64,000 bases of DNA from Sporopachydermia quercuum (taxonomy: Eukaryota), in NCBI GenBank assembly GCA_001599295.1, contig BCGN01000002.1:1798001-1862000 (forward strand), read 5' to 3'. Of the stretch, positions 37,331 to 49,709 are shown in pieces. A model generated the notes under the pieces. The model ran no database searches. It saw only the letters and a list, made by a program, of their open reading frames with translations, and had not been told where the DNA came from. The translations under genes and the position numbers were made by a program. Numbering within the stretch: position 1 is the first letter of the stretch; the number at the start of each line of letters is the position of its first letter.

Positions 37331-38653
37331 ATGTCGACGTTAGAAGAAATAGACGCTCAAGAGCAGGCCCAGAAGGCTGATAAAGAGTCTCAGAAGTCCA
37401 AAGAAGAAGAAGAGTTCGATCAAGAGATTCTTCGATCCTCAACGGCAGATTTAATAAGCAGAACCAAACTTCTGGAAAATGATATCAAAGTGATGAAATC
37501 AGAAGCTCAACGATTGAATCATGAGAAAAGCACAATGTTAGAAAAGATAAAAGACAGTAAGGATAAAATTGAGAACAATCGTCAACTGCCTTATCTAGTA
37601 GGTAATGTAGTTGAATTGTTAGATATTGAAGCTGATGAAGAAGCAACTGAAGAAGGAGCTAATGTTGATTTGGATTCAACACGCGTAGGAAAATCTGCCG
37701 TAGTTAAGACCTCTACAAGACAAACTGTGTTTTTGCCATTGATTGGTTTAGTTGATCCTCAAGAATTAAAGCCTGGTGATTTAATTGGTGTTAATAAGGA
37801 TTCCTATTTAGTGTTAGATAAATTACCTGCTGAATACGATTCAAGAGTGAAAGCAATGGAAGTTGACGAGAAACCTACAGAGACATACTCTGATATCGGT
37901 GGTTTAGATAAGCAAATAGAAGAACTTGTGGAAGCTGTTGTGCTACCGATGAAACAAGCTGACAAATTCAAGAAATTGGGTATCAAGCCTCCTAAGGGTG
38001 CATTAATGTATGGACCTCCAGGTACTGGTAAAACATTATTAGCAAGAGCTTGTGCTGCTCAAACAAATGCCACGTTTTTGAAGTTGGCTGCTCCTCAATT
38101 AGTTCAAATGTTCATTGGTGATGGTGCAAAGTTAGTACGAGATGCTTTCGCATTAGCTAAGGAAAAGGCACCTACGATTATTTTTATTGATGAATTAGAT
38201 GCTATTGGAACAAAAAGATTTGATTCCGACAAATCTGGTGATCGAGAAGTTCAAAGAACCATGCTGGAATTACTTAACCAGTTAGATGGTTTTGATTCTG
38301 ATGATCGTGTTAAAGTCCTTGCGGCAACTAATCGTGTGGATGTCTTGGATCCTGCCTTACTTAGATCTGGTCGTTTAGATAGAAAGATTGAATTCCCATT
38401 ACCTACTGAAGAAGCTAGAGCTAGTATTTTACAGATTCACTCGAGAAAAATGACCGTTGAATCTAATATTAACTGGCAAGAATTGGCTAGAAGTACCGAT
38501 GAATTTAATGGTGCGCAACTGAAAGCAGTTGCTGTTGAAGCTGGTATGATTGCATTAAGAAATGGCCAAAGTGTGATAAAGCATGAAGATTTTGTCGATG
38601 CTATTTCTGAAGTGCAAGCCAGAAAATCAAAGAGTGTATCGTTCTATGCTTAG
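37331..38653 (+). CDS. RPT5: 26S proteasome AAA-ATPase Rpt5 (440 aa)
   Basis: [44 protein letters not shown] and C-terminal HbYX motif FYA. Confidence 0.97.
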   Translation: MSTLEEIDAQEQAQKADKESQKSKEEEEFDQEILRSSTADLISRTKLLENDIKVMKSEAQRLNHEKSTMLEKIKDSKDKIENNRQLPYLVGNVVELLDIEADEEATEEGANVDLDSTRVGKSAVVKTSTRQTVFLPLIGLVDPQELKPGDLIGVNKDSYLVLDKLPAEYDSRVKAMEVDEKPTETYSDIGGLDKQIEELVEAVVLPMKQADKFKKLGIKPPKGALMYGPPGTGKTLLARACAAQTNATFLKLAAPQLVQMFIGDGAKLVRDAFALAKEKAPTIIFIDELDAIGTKRFDSDKSGDREVQRTMLELLNQLDGFDSDDRVKVLAATNRVDVLDPALLRSGRLDRKIEFPLPTEEARASILQIHSRKMTVESNINWQELARSTDEFNGAQLKAVAVEAGMIALRNGQSVIKHEDFVDAISEVQARKSKSVSFYA

Positions 38654-38861
38654 AGATTCGCCTCTAGAAGTCTACATTTACGTTACATTAAACTGTTACT
38701 GTATCGCGTTACGTTAATTGCCACTTACTAGTTAGTGGTTACCGGGTGTCCAGTATTTGCATGATATCAAACGAAACAAACGGATTACTTTGTATAGTAT
38801 AATGTACACGATTAATTCTTATTAACCAACTAAATATTACGAATTAGTTGTAGAGTAGTTA

Positions 38862-40593
38862 CTAATCCCAGTAGAAGATTCTGCCCCCTAATCCCGTCAT
38901 TGCAACTTTACTACTTTCTTGAGGATGTGCGGCAACACATGTTATAGGTTTTGAATCTACTTTAACCTTCTTGGTGAGTTTACAAGTTTTCCAGTCCCAG
39001 AATGCAACATCGCCTGTAGTGTCACCACTGAAGATATATTTGCCATTAGGAGAGAATCCAATCTTTGTTGCTTGTCCAGTTGCGTTATGACCTTTGAAGA
39101 GCTTTTTCTTATTCTCTCTGAACTTTCCGGAATCAGTAGCAGAAAATACATGGATTTCACTTGCTAATGATTGAAATGCAACATATTTACCGCTGGGATG
39201 AATATCCCCAGTCGGCATAGAGTACTGATGAACATCGGCAATGAATTTGATTGGTACGTTAATTCTCCAATCCCATACTCTAATACTTCTATCATCTGAG
39301 GTCGACATGAATCTTTCGTTCTTATCAACGAAAACAATAGTATTCACTGACTTCAAATGATGATCATACGTTTGAATAATCTCACCAGTTCTTATGTCAT
39401 ACTGTAAGATAGTCCTGTCGGACATTCCTGCTAAAAACTCGTTTGCCTGATCTGGCTTAGGGTTGAATTTTATAGTGTTGGCAACACTTCTACATTTTAT
39501 TCTACTTATGCATTTTCCTGTTTCTGTATCCCAATATTTAATAGTTTTGTCGAAACTCGAACTGATGAATTGACGACCATCGATGTTGAAACATAGATCA
39601 CGGATGGCTACTTTATGACCGAAATATCCCCTCAAATGTTCTCTTTTATGATGGCAATCCCACAACTGAATCTTTCTATCATTTCCTCCGCTTAGAAGTA
39701 AGTGTCCAGAGTGAGGGAAAAATGATAGGCATGAAGTACCACCCTGATGACCACTCCATGTATGAATCTGTCTTTTTGGTATATACCAATCTTCTTCTCC
39801 GGGTTCTTTCAATAGATCAACGTCTAAATCCTGTGGAACATGCATATAAGTTCTACCCAAATAATCATGTTCGTTTTCGCCAAAGAATTCAGTTCTTTCT
39901 TCAGGTTTGACGATCTTAACCTGTGGTTCATCTGTGGTACCTCCGGCTTTCAATTCCTCAACTGGTTCAACCTCGGATCTCGACTCATCTGAAGCTTCAT
40001 CTGCAGACCATTCTGACTCCGACTGTGATGATTCAAATTTTGCCCATGGTCCCTTATAAGCAGAGTCGCCATCTAATACTGAACTGTCACCTTTCCTTCT
40101 CCTCTTGGGCTTATTCTGTCTCCTTTCAGCTTTACTGTAACGAATAGATCTCAAGTCTTGTCCCCTAAAATTCTCTGCGGCTTTCAGATCGCCTATTAGC
40201 TCATTTTGTGCTGATAAAGTTGGATCTTGAGCATAGCCTAACGTTTGAAATGTTCTGTGTTGGTTGCTGAACGTTGTTTCATCAAACACTTCTGGTTGGA
40301 TAGTACCAGTGAGTATTTGTTTTGAAGCTTCACTATCAGCTGCTGAAATCAACGTAGGTACTATTTCTGTTCTAATTACTGCATTCTCCAAGGTTTTCTA
40401 TACTTTCAGTTAGTTACTGTACGTGGATTGTTAAATTATTAGCTAATTGAATCAGACTGCTGGTTCTAATCATACATACTATTGAGGGTGCCAGGCTCAG
40501 TTTTTCTCTAGCTTTGAATTCTTGCTTGTCAGTAGCATGTAGTTTCAACTCAGATTCTGATCCAGAGTCTGAATTGTACCCCACTAAAGACAT
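38862..40593 (-). CDS. CDC40: Splicing factor Cdc40/Prp17 (WD40; 549 aa); exons 40593-40480 and 40397-38862
   Basis: YKGPWA, DYLGRTYM, WD repeats, QTYDHHL, C-terminal YWD. Exon 1 (MSLVGYNSDS...) is joined in frame across an 82-nt GTATGT/AACTAAC/TAG intron. Confidence 0.93.
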
Positions 40594-41118
40594 ATTTTCC
40601 GGTCTACTACGCAGTTGATGCTAATGATCTATAATACTCTTCTTTATCATCTGTCACTCAATATCCAAGCTCAACTCCACCAAGATACAGTCTTTTGATT
40701 GTTACTTGAAAGTGTTATCAAAAACTGAACATTCCACTTCTCCAATCAAGATTTCCACACAGAGTTCTATTATACATATTTATTACAAAAAAAAACGGTC
40801 TATGTCAATATATTTGTATTGCTTTGTATTGCTAAATGAGATTGAGTACGATTTTATTTACTTTCTTCACATAATAAGAAAGAGTTTTCAATATTACCTT
40901 ATGAAATGAAGCAGATACCCATTATGGGACGGCTTCTAATGTAATTAAAGGGGCTATTCGCAAGACGTTAGCTCTACTATCTATCAATACATGATACTCA
41001 ATAAACAGTAGATGAAAGGGAAGATATATCTTGGGTCATGTGGATAATATAATTAAGATGTTATATATAATAATTATTTTTATTACTGTTGATATTACTG
41101 TTGATATAGGTGCTATAT

Positions 41119-41587
41119 TTATTTAGCATTTTTAGCAGTTGAGTTTAGTTCTTCTCTGTGCAATTATGAGTAAGTTAGTAGCATAGTTCATAGATCTTAA
41201 AATGTTTCCCCATACCTGATCAATTAATCATCCATGGTTCACATACCTTAACTTCTTGGCGAAATTATCTTCTGAATTGTCTTCATCATCCCAGTCTTGT
41301 TCCCACAAATGCTCTTGAACTGTACTTGCGCCTATTGTTGCAGATTCTTCCCAATCTAAATGAGTTTAGTAAAGGGTTAGTTAACTACATGAACTACAAT
41401 AACCATAGATCGATCAATTAGACTAGTGAAGCCATGACTTACCTTCTACCGGAAAATCCTCAAATTCATCATCATCTTCTAGCGTCACTAATGTATTCTT
41501 GGTTTCATTTCCTGTGGCAGCTTCTTTATCTTTCACATCCTTTTCAGCGGAGGCACTATTGCTGTTGTTTGTTGGTTTACTAGACAT
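41119..41587 (-). CDS. SEM1: Sem1/Dss1 proteasome lid and TREX-2 subunit (96 aa); exons 41587-41443, 41355-41247, 41155-41119
   Basis: Not in the ORF track. Spliced product has LEDDDEFEDFPVEDW...LWEQDWDD...EDNFAKKLREEL. Introns of 87 nt (GTAAGT/AACTAAC/TAG) and 91 nt (GTATGT/TACTAAC/CAG). Confidence 0.95.
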
Positions 41588-42334
41588 TATGATATAGGTG
41601 TTTCTATCGCACAGTTTCTGTTACACTTCTCTTGTAAAACAGCCACTAATCTCACCAACAATGGAATACAATTCCCAAATGGTTAGCTTTTACTGAATCT
41701 TTTGATTATATCTACAATTGTCAGAAGCAATGCTGGCTCTTCTATCTACCTACTCATCAATATAGTGGCGGTTAGAACCTTCTCATGTCAAGAATAGAAA
41801 TTGGTATGTATTCAACATCAAATCTCCTCTTAACCGTTACAAGTAACTTACAAATTTTTCATGCATTTGAATGCACAATCATGTATCTCATATCAAACTT
41901 AAATTGTATTTGTCTTCCTCATGCAGATTCCTGCACTTCCAAACATTTATACATCGCCCAGCATCACTCTATTGAGCTTAATTCTTCTTTGAAACTTAGT
42001 TTCCCCAATGGGCAATTTAGCCACAACCCATGTTAACCCTCCGCAATTCATAAATCTTGGGGAAAATTTTCTTTTCGATGACAGAGAACGGAAAAATCAT
42101 TTGTGTAAGATTCACTCAGATTTCGGTTGATTAACTCTAAACAAAACGTCATAAGGGGTACTATGTGTAATTCGGTTATAGAGAAGAAGTGAAAATCTTG
42201 AGGACTGTTGTTATAAAGCTATCAGATTGCCGTTAGATTTGCAACATTATATTTTACTTAAAGGTTAGACAGAACCGTTAATATACATCCTTCAGCAGCA
42301 GTAGCAAAACTAATTGTTACTTAACCAATATTGA

Positions 42335-43180
42335 ATGAGGTCTGTATTGTTTAATCAGTATAAACATATAATCAAGAAAGGTGTTCAGCATAGAAATATA
42401 ATTATCAGTAGTAGGAGGAATAGCAAGGTTTTCAAATACGATCAGAATAATACAAATCCATGCAAAATGAGTGAACTGGAATTAGCAGAGTTGGCAAAGA
42501 AACAATCAGCTTACAGAGCAGTTGATGAGAACTTCCCACCAAATGCTAAAGTGATTGGAATTGGGTCGGGAAGCACCGTTGTCTACGTTGCCGAGAGAAT
42601 TGGACAGTTAGCAAACAAAACAAGTTTCGTCTGCATTCCTACAGGATTTCAATCAAAAGGTCTTATTAGGGATAATGGACTGATATGTGGGTCAATCGAA
42701 GACTACCCAGAAATCGATATTGCTTTTGATGGAGCTGATGAAGTTGACCCTCAATTGAACTGTATTAAAGGTGGAGGTGCTTGTTTATTCCAAGAGAAAT
42801 TAGTTGCTTCCTGTGCTAAGAAATTTGTATTAGTTGCAGATTATAGGAAGAAATCTGATATCCTGGGGACTAAATGGTTAAAAGGTATTCCCATTGAAGT
42901 TGTTCCGACCGCTTTTGCTAAGGTCACACAAGATTTATATGCATTGGGAGCTGAAACTGTTGTTCTAAGACAAGGTGGTAGTGCTAAAGCTGGACCAATC
43001 ATCACTGATAATAACAATTTTCTTATTGATGCCCATTTTGGCAAAGTTGCTGATGTTTCAGGACTTCACAGCAAGATCAAGGTTTTGATTGGTGTTGTTG
43101 AAACTGGTTTGTTCCCTTCGATGGCAGATGCTGCATATTTCGGTGAAGCCAATGGTGAAGTTTCTGTTAGAACAAGATGA
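42335..43180 (+). CDS. RKI1: Ribose-5-phosphate isomerase A (second ATG at 42467)
   Basis: [30 protein letters not shown] and GVVETGLF. Confidence 0.95.
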   Translation: MRSVLFNQYKHIIKKGVQHRNIIISSRRNSKVFKYDQNNTNPCKMSELELAELAKKQSAYRAVDENFPPNAKVIGIGSGSTVVYVAERIGQLANKTSFVCIPTGFQSKGLIRDNGLICGSIEDYPEIDIAFDGADEVDPQLNCIKGGGACLFQEKLVASCAKKFVLVADYRKKSDILGTKWLKGIPIEVVPTAFAKVTQDLYALGAETVVLRQGGSAKAGPIITDNNNFLIDAHFGKVADVSGLHSKIKVLIGVVETGLFPSMADAAYFGEANGEVSVRTR

Positions 43181-43565
43181 TGATTTCATGTTGGAAATGA
43201 ACTGAAACTAATATAAAATTCATGAGAATCAAATAGAGAGATGTATGTAGATAACGATAGAATAGAAAAATGGAATATAATGAAATAAAAATATAATATT
43301 CTAATTAAATTCATGTAATTTTAGATATGAATATCAAATGTACCTCTAAACTTGGCACCAAAGAATATATCTAGATATATAGTAGCTGCCATTACCTACT
43401 TTTGATTATGTTTAACTGAATAGCTTCTATTGCATTCATTCCATACTATTATTTGATTCCTTTACCCTTGACGCCAGAATATCTCTGCCTTTTATTCTTC
43501 TATTCATCCTCGGCAACATTTCTATCACTCTTACTACTAATCTCCAAATTTCGATCTCATCCCAT

Positions 43566-44406
43566 TTATTTCTTTGGTATATTATTACTTATCCAAGTTA
43601 ATCCTTCTGTTAATCCTCTACCAGTTATAGCTGTACATGGCACTACACACCAGGCTCTATCTCCCAACTGTTCAAGCTGTAATATTTCCTGTACTTTCCT
43701 CGGGCTTAAGGCGTTTGGTAGATCTTGTTTATTAGCAAAAACAACCACTGGAACATTCTTCATCTCTTGATCCTTCAATATCCTATCCAGCTCAAGCTTC
43801 GCACTACTAATTCTATCAATATCTCCACTATCCAGAACAAATATTAATCCATCAGTTCCAGTATAATAATGTCTCCATAAAGGACGGAAATCTTCTTGTC
43901 CACCAACATCCCAAACGTTGAATTTGATGTTCTTATACGTCACTTGTTCCACGTTGAATCCAACTGTCGGAGCTACTTCTTCAGGACTGTTTTGTTTCAG
44001 CTTTAATTTATAGAGAATGGCTAATAAGGAGGTTGTTAGTAGTTGCAATGAAATGAGAAGAACAAAAAATTTTAATTAGTTGACTTACTTGTTTTACCTG
44101 CGGCGTCAAGTCCCAGCATTAGTATTCTATTGTAGGTATCATATTGTTAGTATTATACATTATAGATATACGAACGAAGAGCTAGGAAATAGAAGGAAGA
44201 AAAAACCGGAATATGAAAAGATGTCGTTGCGAATTATTCGAGAAACCAGGAACATAATTAATCCATTAATGACATCCTATACTTACCGAACTTCTCTAGT
44301 TCCAATCAGTCTTGTCTATTCAATCGCTTGTTAGTAAAGGTCAACAATTTTCAATAACATACTTCCCAAAACTACTTACAAATACTTTTGATAATGTATT
44401 TCCCAT
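43566..44406 (-). CDS. ARF3: Arf3/Arf6-class GTPase (182 aa); exons 44406-44380, 44315-44287, 44126-44089, 44020-43566
   Basis: Three GTAAGT/TACTAAC/TAG introns (64, 160 and 68 nt) give [58 protein letters not shown] (Arf6 signature) and NKQD are present. Confidence 0.93.
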
Positions 44407-46609
44407 TGTTATATATCATCTGTGGTGTCCCTTGGTGTTCTCTGGTTCTAAATGAATACTATGAAGTAAGAAAGGTGGTTGTTATTCTTTGGGCCTAATC
44501 GGTCTAGTTCAATTAGGACCTGCCCAGTTTATTATGATTCCTGCCTGTAAAACCCAGAGAATAAAAAATAAATAAAAAATCTCTGAAATCAAATAAGCAA
44601 GGTTTATAATCCTTGTTTCCAGGTAAATGCTGCTGACTTTTTAGCCGCAGTTCCATTCAAATCACAGAAATAGGTGATGGTACAATATAGATGTGATAGA
44701 ACAGGTTGATGGATTAGCAGTATAAATAACTATCAACTATCTTCTAGTCTATTTCACAGTTGTCTGATTGTTCAATTTCTATTCTTTTTAGACATATAAT
44801 AATCAATCAAATCTGAAAAGCCGTTTTTCTAAATATAAGTAAGTCTTACTATTTGTTCGAACTGCATTTTATCATTTATCCAAACTATCAACTGGAAAAT
44901 GATTAGGAAACGAACAAATGAAAAGATTTGGTTTTATGGGATACTTGAATAAGACAGTAAACTAGTAACTATTCGTTTGTTCTATCAACCCTTCTCCTTT
45001 ATTATCTTCTCTTTTTTATTTATTTAATTATGTTCCACTTTAAAACCACAATTGCTTGTTGACTGTCTTGTATTCATCTCTGGAGGAGAATTACGCTTGG
45101 AATTCTGTTTAGTTTCGACGCTAGTGATGAGTAAATTAACTCTCCTGGAAGATGCTTATGGTTGCAGTATCGATGATCGGTGGAATGAATAATTGGATAC
45201 CGATTTCACTAAATAGCAATCTAAATGAAATCAGTAAACAAAGTATGGGAATTTGTTCAAATATATAAATATAATTGTGAATATAATTATATGTTAGAAA
45301 CGTTTATAAATATGTGAGTGAATTCAGTTATTTATATATAAGTTTAGCCTGGTTGGGTATATGCATACATAAAAGAGCCAGCAGAGTACAGAAATGAAAG
45401 AGAAAGTCCTGATCAGTTGCGAGGTATTTGAGTTGATGAAGGAATGTTAAGTTTTATGGGTAATAAAAAAAGGTATTCGTTATATTGTCAGATAGCTGAG
45501 GGTATAGTTGGAATATGTGAGAAGTCAATTACCTCGTAAATGTTTATATTAAGTTGTTTTCTGGGGTTCTGTAATGACAGTAGTCACAGACCAACTCTGT
45601 TTGATGCAATGAAGGCATACCCGAAAGGCATACACTGCAAAGCTCTATCTTTCTGAATTAGTTAATGCAGTTGAGATTATTCATTGTGTAGATGGATTTT
45701 TGGTCTATTGGTTGAGCTGTTGGTGATCGATTAGAAAGATTAATAAGTGAATAGACAGTGAAATGAATCAAGTGATGGCAGATATTGATGATGATCATGG
45801 GAAAAGGAGAAGACTTCGATTTCACTTCAAACAGGTGTAATCAATACAATAAAGCGTTGGAAACTGAGTATAAACCGCTTTGATCGCTTCGCTTCCTAGG
45901 TGAATAGAAACCGTTTTAAGACATAGCTAATCGGTTTATTTGTAATTTGGGGCATCATCATCGTCATCGTCATTGTCACCAGATAGCATTTCCTCCATAG
46001 TCATCATTTCAATGGAATCAGCACAGAATCTGATACACTATTAGCAAAAATTACTGTTGTCAATTTATATCCCCTGAAAACATATCTTCCAGTAGTAGCT
46101 GGTAACAGATAGAAAAGAAGAGGATTGATGGAATTTAATCGAGGATGAGAAGGCGATAATTAAAATTCAGAGTTAATTAGGGTTTAATACACACTAGCAA
46201 GTGAAGGACTTTATTCAGACCAAAGTTAATTGTTAAACGAAGATTGGAATAGCATAGTATGGGTGAAATGCTGATCAGGAATACTGTACTATACCAAACT
46301 ATAAATAACTATATTAGGATCTGAATCTGCAGTAGTACAATGTAACTTTAGTTTTAATTGTATGCTTTATATGGATTGTCAAATTTCCTTATGAATAGCA
46401 TTGCGCATTAAGGTTACATGTACTCTAAAAGTCTAATATTAAACCTTAATTACATTTCTAGCTGCTTGATTGCTTCTTCTCGTATTATTGCTAGGGATAG
46501 TCAAAACTCTCCCAAACTACGGAAAACAATTCTGCAATTGAAACTATAGTTTTGTATCAGAAAGAATCTTGTTGGAAAGAAAATAAAGAATCATCTATTA
46601 TATAATATG

Positions 46610-46645
46610 AAGATTAGTCTAATATCTGAATATTAGACTAATCTT
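46610..46645. repeat. Perfect 16-bp inverted repeat with 4-nt spacer
   Basis: AAGATTAGTCTAATAT-CTGA-ATATTAGACTAATCTT. Confidence 0.9.
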
Positions 46646-46792
46646 TAAGCTCCAAGCTAAACTTTACTTCAACTTAAGTTTGAACCTTCAATCCGGAGTT
46701 TCCTAACAAACTCAGGCACCATTTCATTTTACGTTATTCTAATCCTGACTTTCAATACAACGACCATATTAGACATCTAATCACTAAAGGTA

Positions 46793-48893
46793 TCAAATCA
46801 ACTTCATGTAAGAGGTTGGGAATAGTCCTGAAGATCCATTGACTTCACCCTCAGTCCATCCATCACCTTGATCCTCCTTGACAATCAAAATCTTATCTCC
46901 TGGTGTTATACTCAACTCATCACTTCCTTGAGCTTCATAAGCATATAACGCTTGGCCATAATGAACCTTCTTAGCTCCTCGCTTTGGTGCAACTTGAGGA
47001 CCCACTTTCTTACCTGTGGCACCTGATTCTGATGTACTTGTACTTATTATCGACTCTGCTTTCCCGTCTGATATCTGAATATATGACGTTGGAACTAATC
47101 CTTCTCTATTGCTCGACTGATGATTCACTTTGGTCCATCCCGAGCCATCATCATGCTCTAAAATAATCAATTCATCTCCTGGTTGAATAGTTACCTCATC
47201 ATCGCCTTGAGCTTGGTATCCATATAATGCCTTTGCAACCGCAATACTTATAGTGCTGGAAAGAGTATTTGATCGTGATTTGTTTCTTCCCAGTACTGAC
47301 GAGAAAAGCTTTGATCCTCCGGTGCCAGCACCAGCCACGCTGGTTCCATATGAGCGAATAGAACCAGCATCTTCAGTACCACCATTATTGGTTTTAGCTT
47401 GTGCTGTACCATGTTGATACTTGTTACTCTTTCCCAGAAAGAATAGTCTCCGGTGTTTCTTCTCTGCCACGCCTGCTGTCACTGATAAATCTTTGTCACC
47501 AGCTGCAGATTCAATTGTCTCGATCTCAACTTCGGATATAACTCTTTTAGTATCATCAAATGCGAATATCTTCAATGTATTCAAATATTTGTTAATAGCA
47601 TCAGTATAACTACCTTTTTCTTTACCGACTAATACCGCTTTCTTAAACTCTTGAAGCTCTCGAAGTTTTGTCTTTTCTGTCTCCGTTATTTCTTCATACT
47701 GCGTATAAGCCTTATTTGATTGTGCCAACTGCTTCCTTAACACCTTTAATTCTTCCTCCCCGGTAACAATCTGATCATCATCATGCCAAACAGGTGATGG
47801 TGTATAATAAAAATCTTCCGGCTCTTTCCAATCATACATATTATGTTTAACAAACATAGAAGTATCCAACGATGGATGATTCTGCGCCACAATTTGTTTA
47901 AAATTTTCAATGCTCTTTTTACATCTTTCGAACATGGCAGCTTCCAGATCACCAGCATTATTCCAAAACTCGTTGAGCTTCTGGACTCTGGTTTCATTCA
48001 ATTCTTGTAGTCCATCAAGTACTTCAGGAATGTCTTGATAGTAATACTTATCTTTCAATCTATTGGCCACATTGATTTTAACTATATATAGATTTTTCGC
48101 GTCATTCATAGCCCATTCTTTCTCTTGCATTTTTTTAGCGGCCCTGTCCTTCTTTAGATCGAAGGATTTTGAGCTTTTTGATCGTTGATTTTCCATCGAC
48201 TGGCATGTAGAATCGTATGCTGTTTTAGATTTCTTCAGTTCATCATAATATTGGTCTCTTTCTTTAACTAGTCTATCATTGAATTCAGAGTATTTCGTTC
48301 TGAGGGTTTCATGTCTTGACGCCACACCGGCAATTTGATCAGCTATTTGAATAGTCAATTCTGAAGCTAAACGGTTTCTTTCTTTTGCCATTATTTCAGT
48401 CTGGGTTAAAACTTCTGTCCAAGTAACCAGTGATGCACTTTCAAGAGAGCCTGGGGTGATCTTTGGAGTATCACCAACACTTAACGAGGTACTTATTCTT
48501 GCTTTCTTTTTGAAATATTCACTTGTCAATGCTTGGAGTTTCGTTGCATATTCCTTTTCTATTATTGATCTTTCCTTGTAGAAGGTTTGAATGTCAGTCA
48601 TCCATTGGATACCATTTTGAACCTACATCAATGTTAGTAAATCCAGTAGTTGATATGAATATGTTCAATCTACAATAAAGTCAACAATAAAGTAATACAT
48701 ACCCATTTGTCTGTTTCTTTGAATGCATCCTAGAAGATATTATGTTAGTCAGTGCAAATTTCAATATAGAAATCATTGCTTTCACGGTGATGAAACCAGA
48801 TCTCTCTGATTACTCACACAGTTAGTCTATTCAGTAAATGATCCATACCTTTAGGTCATTACCAATGCTGACATCTACTTGATTTTCTGCCAT
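46793..48893 (-). CDS. BZZ1: Bzz1 F-BAR plus tandem SH3 protein (633 aa); exons 48893-48849, 48729-48703, 48622-46793
   Basis: Spliced N-terminus SIGNDLK-DAFKETDKW-VQNGIQW, FYKERSIIEKEY, two SH3 domains (ALYGY...GW...GLVPTSY; ALYAY...GW...GLFPTSY), and PQVAPKRGAK. Introns of 119 and 80 nt. Confidence 0.94.
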
Positions 48894-49709
48894 TTTGTTT
48901 CTAAAACTTCAATTTTGATAGTATTTCTATTATTTTATACAAAACAATCAGCTTTTCGTTGTACAGTATCAATCACTCTTAGTAATCATCAAATCATTTA
49001 TGGGTTCCGAATCATGTGGTTGATAGATCTCCCTCTTGAGCGCACTTGGTAGCCAACTTGTCAAATTGTTAATCACGATTCACGTTCACGAAGCCCAATC
49101 TATTTCAAATCACTGCACTAAGCAATGGTTTCAACTAATCAGTTTAACAGTCTTTCAAAGAATTCCAAACAACATGGCATTATATGATCAATCATTACTT
49201 CGGCGTTCTATGTCAATTCCGATCACTTAGAAAGAACCTACAAGGAGAGACGAGACACAATCACCATTGGGAGTTAAATATGACGTGAACCGAAACAGAT
49301 ATGAGAATTTTAATTATGACATAATCAGTAAATACTGTTATGGAGAAATGGGAAAACGGAAATTATATTGGTGGACATTTAATATTTCGGAAATCATTAT
49401 ACTTGATTTACTAATGCACTCGTCCGAAATGAGGTTCTTTTGATATAGAAGACAGGATATATGAAAATCTATATAATTATCAAGCATTTTGGACAGATAA
49501 ATGGTGGGGAAGTTAAAAGAATACTATAATTTCATGTATACAAAACCAGTAGTCGAAGAGGCAAACTTTGAAGTTCTGGGGTCCTCAGATACCAGATGTC
49601 AGATGTCCCTAAAGGAAACTCAATTATTGTACAGTTAGATCTTATACCCGACCAATCTACAATATAATATGCTACAATGCAACTAAACCTAACAGATGCT
49701 TCATTCTCA

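Noticed and set aside
48806..48848. Stwintron in BZZ1 intron 1
   Set aside because: Removing the inner 43 nt does not recreate a GT donor.
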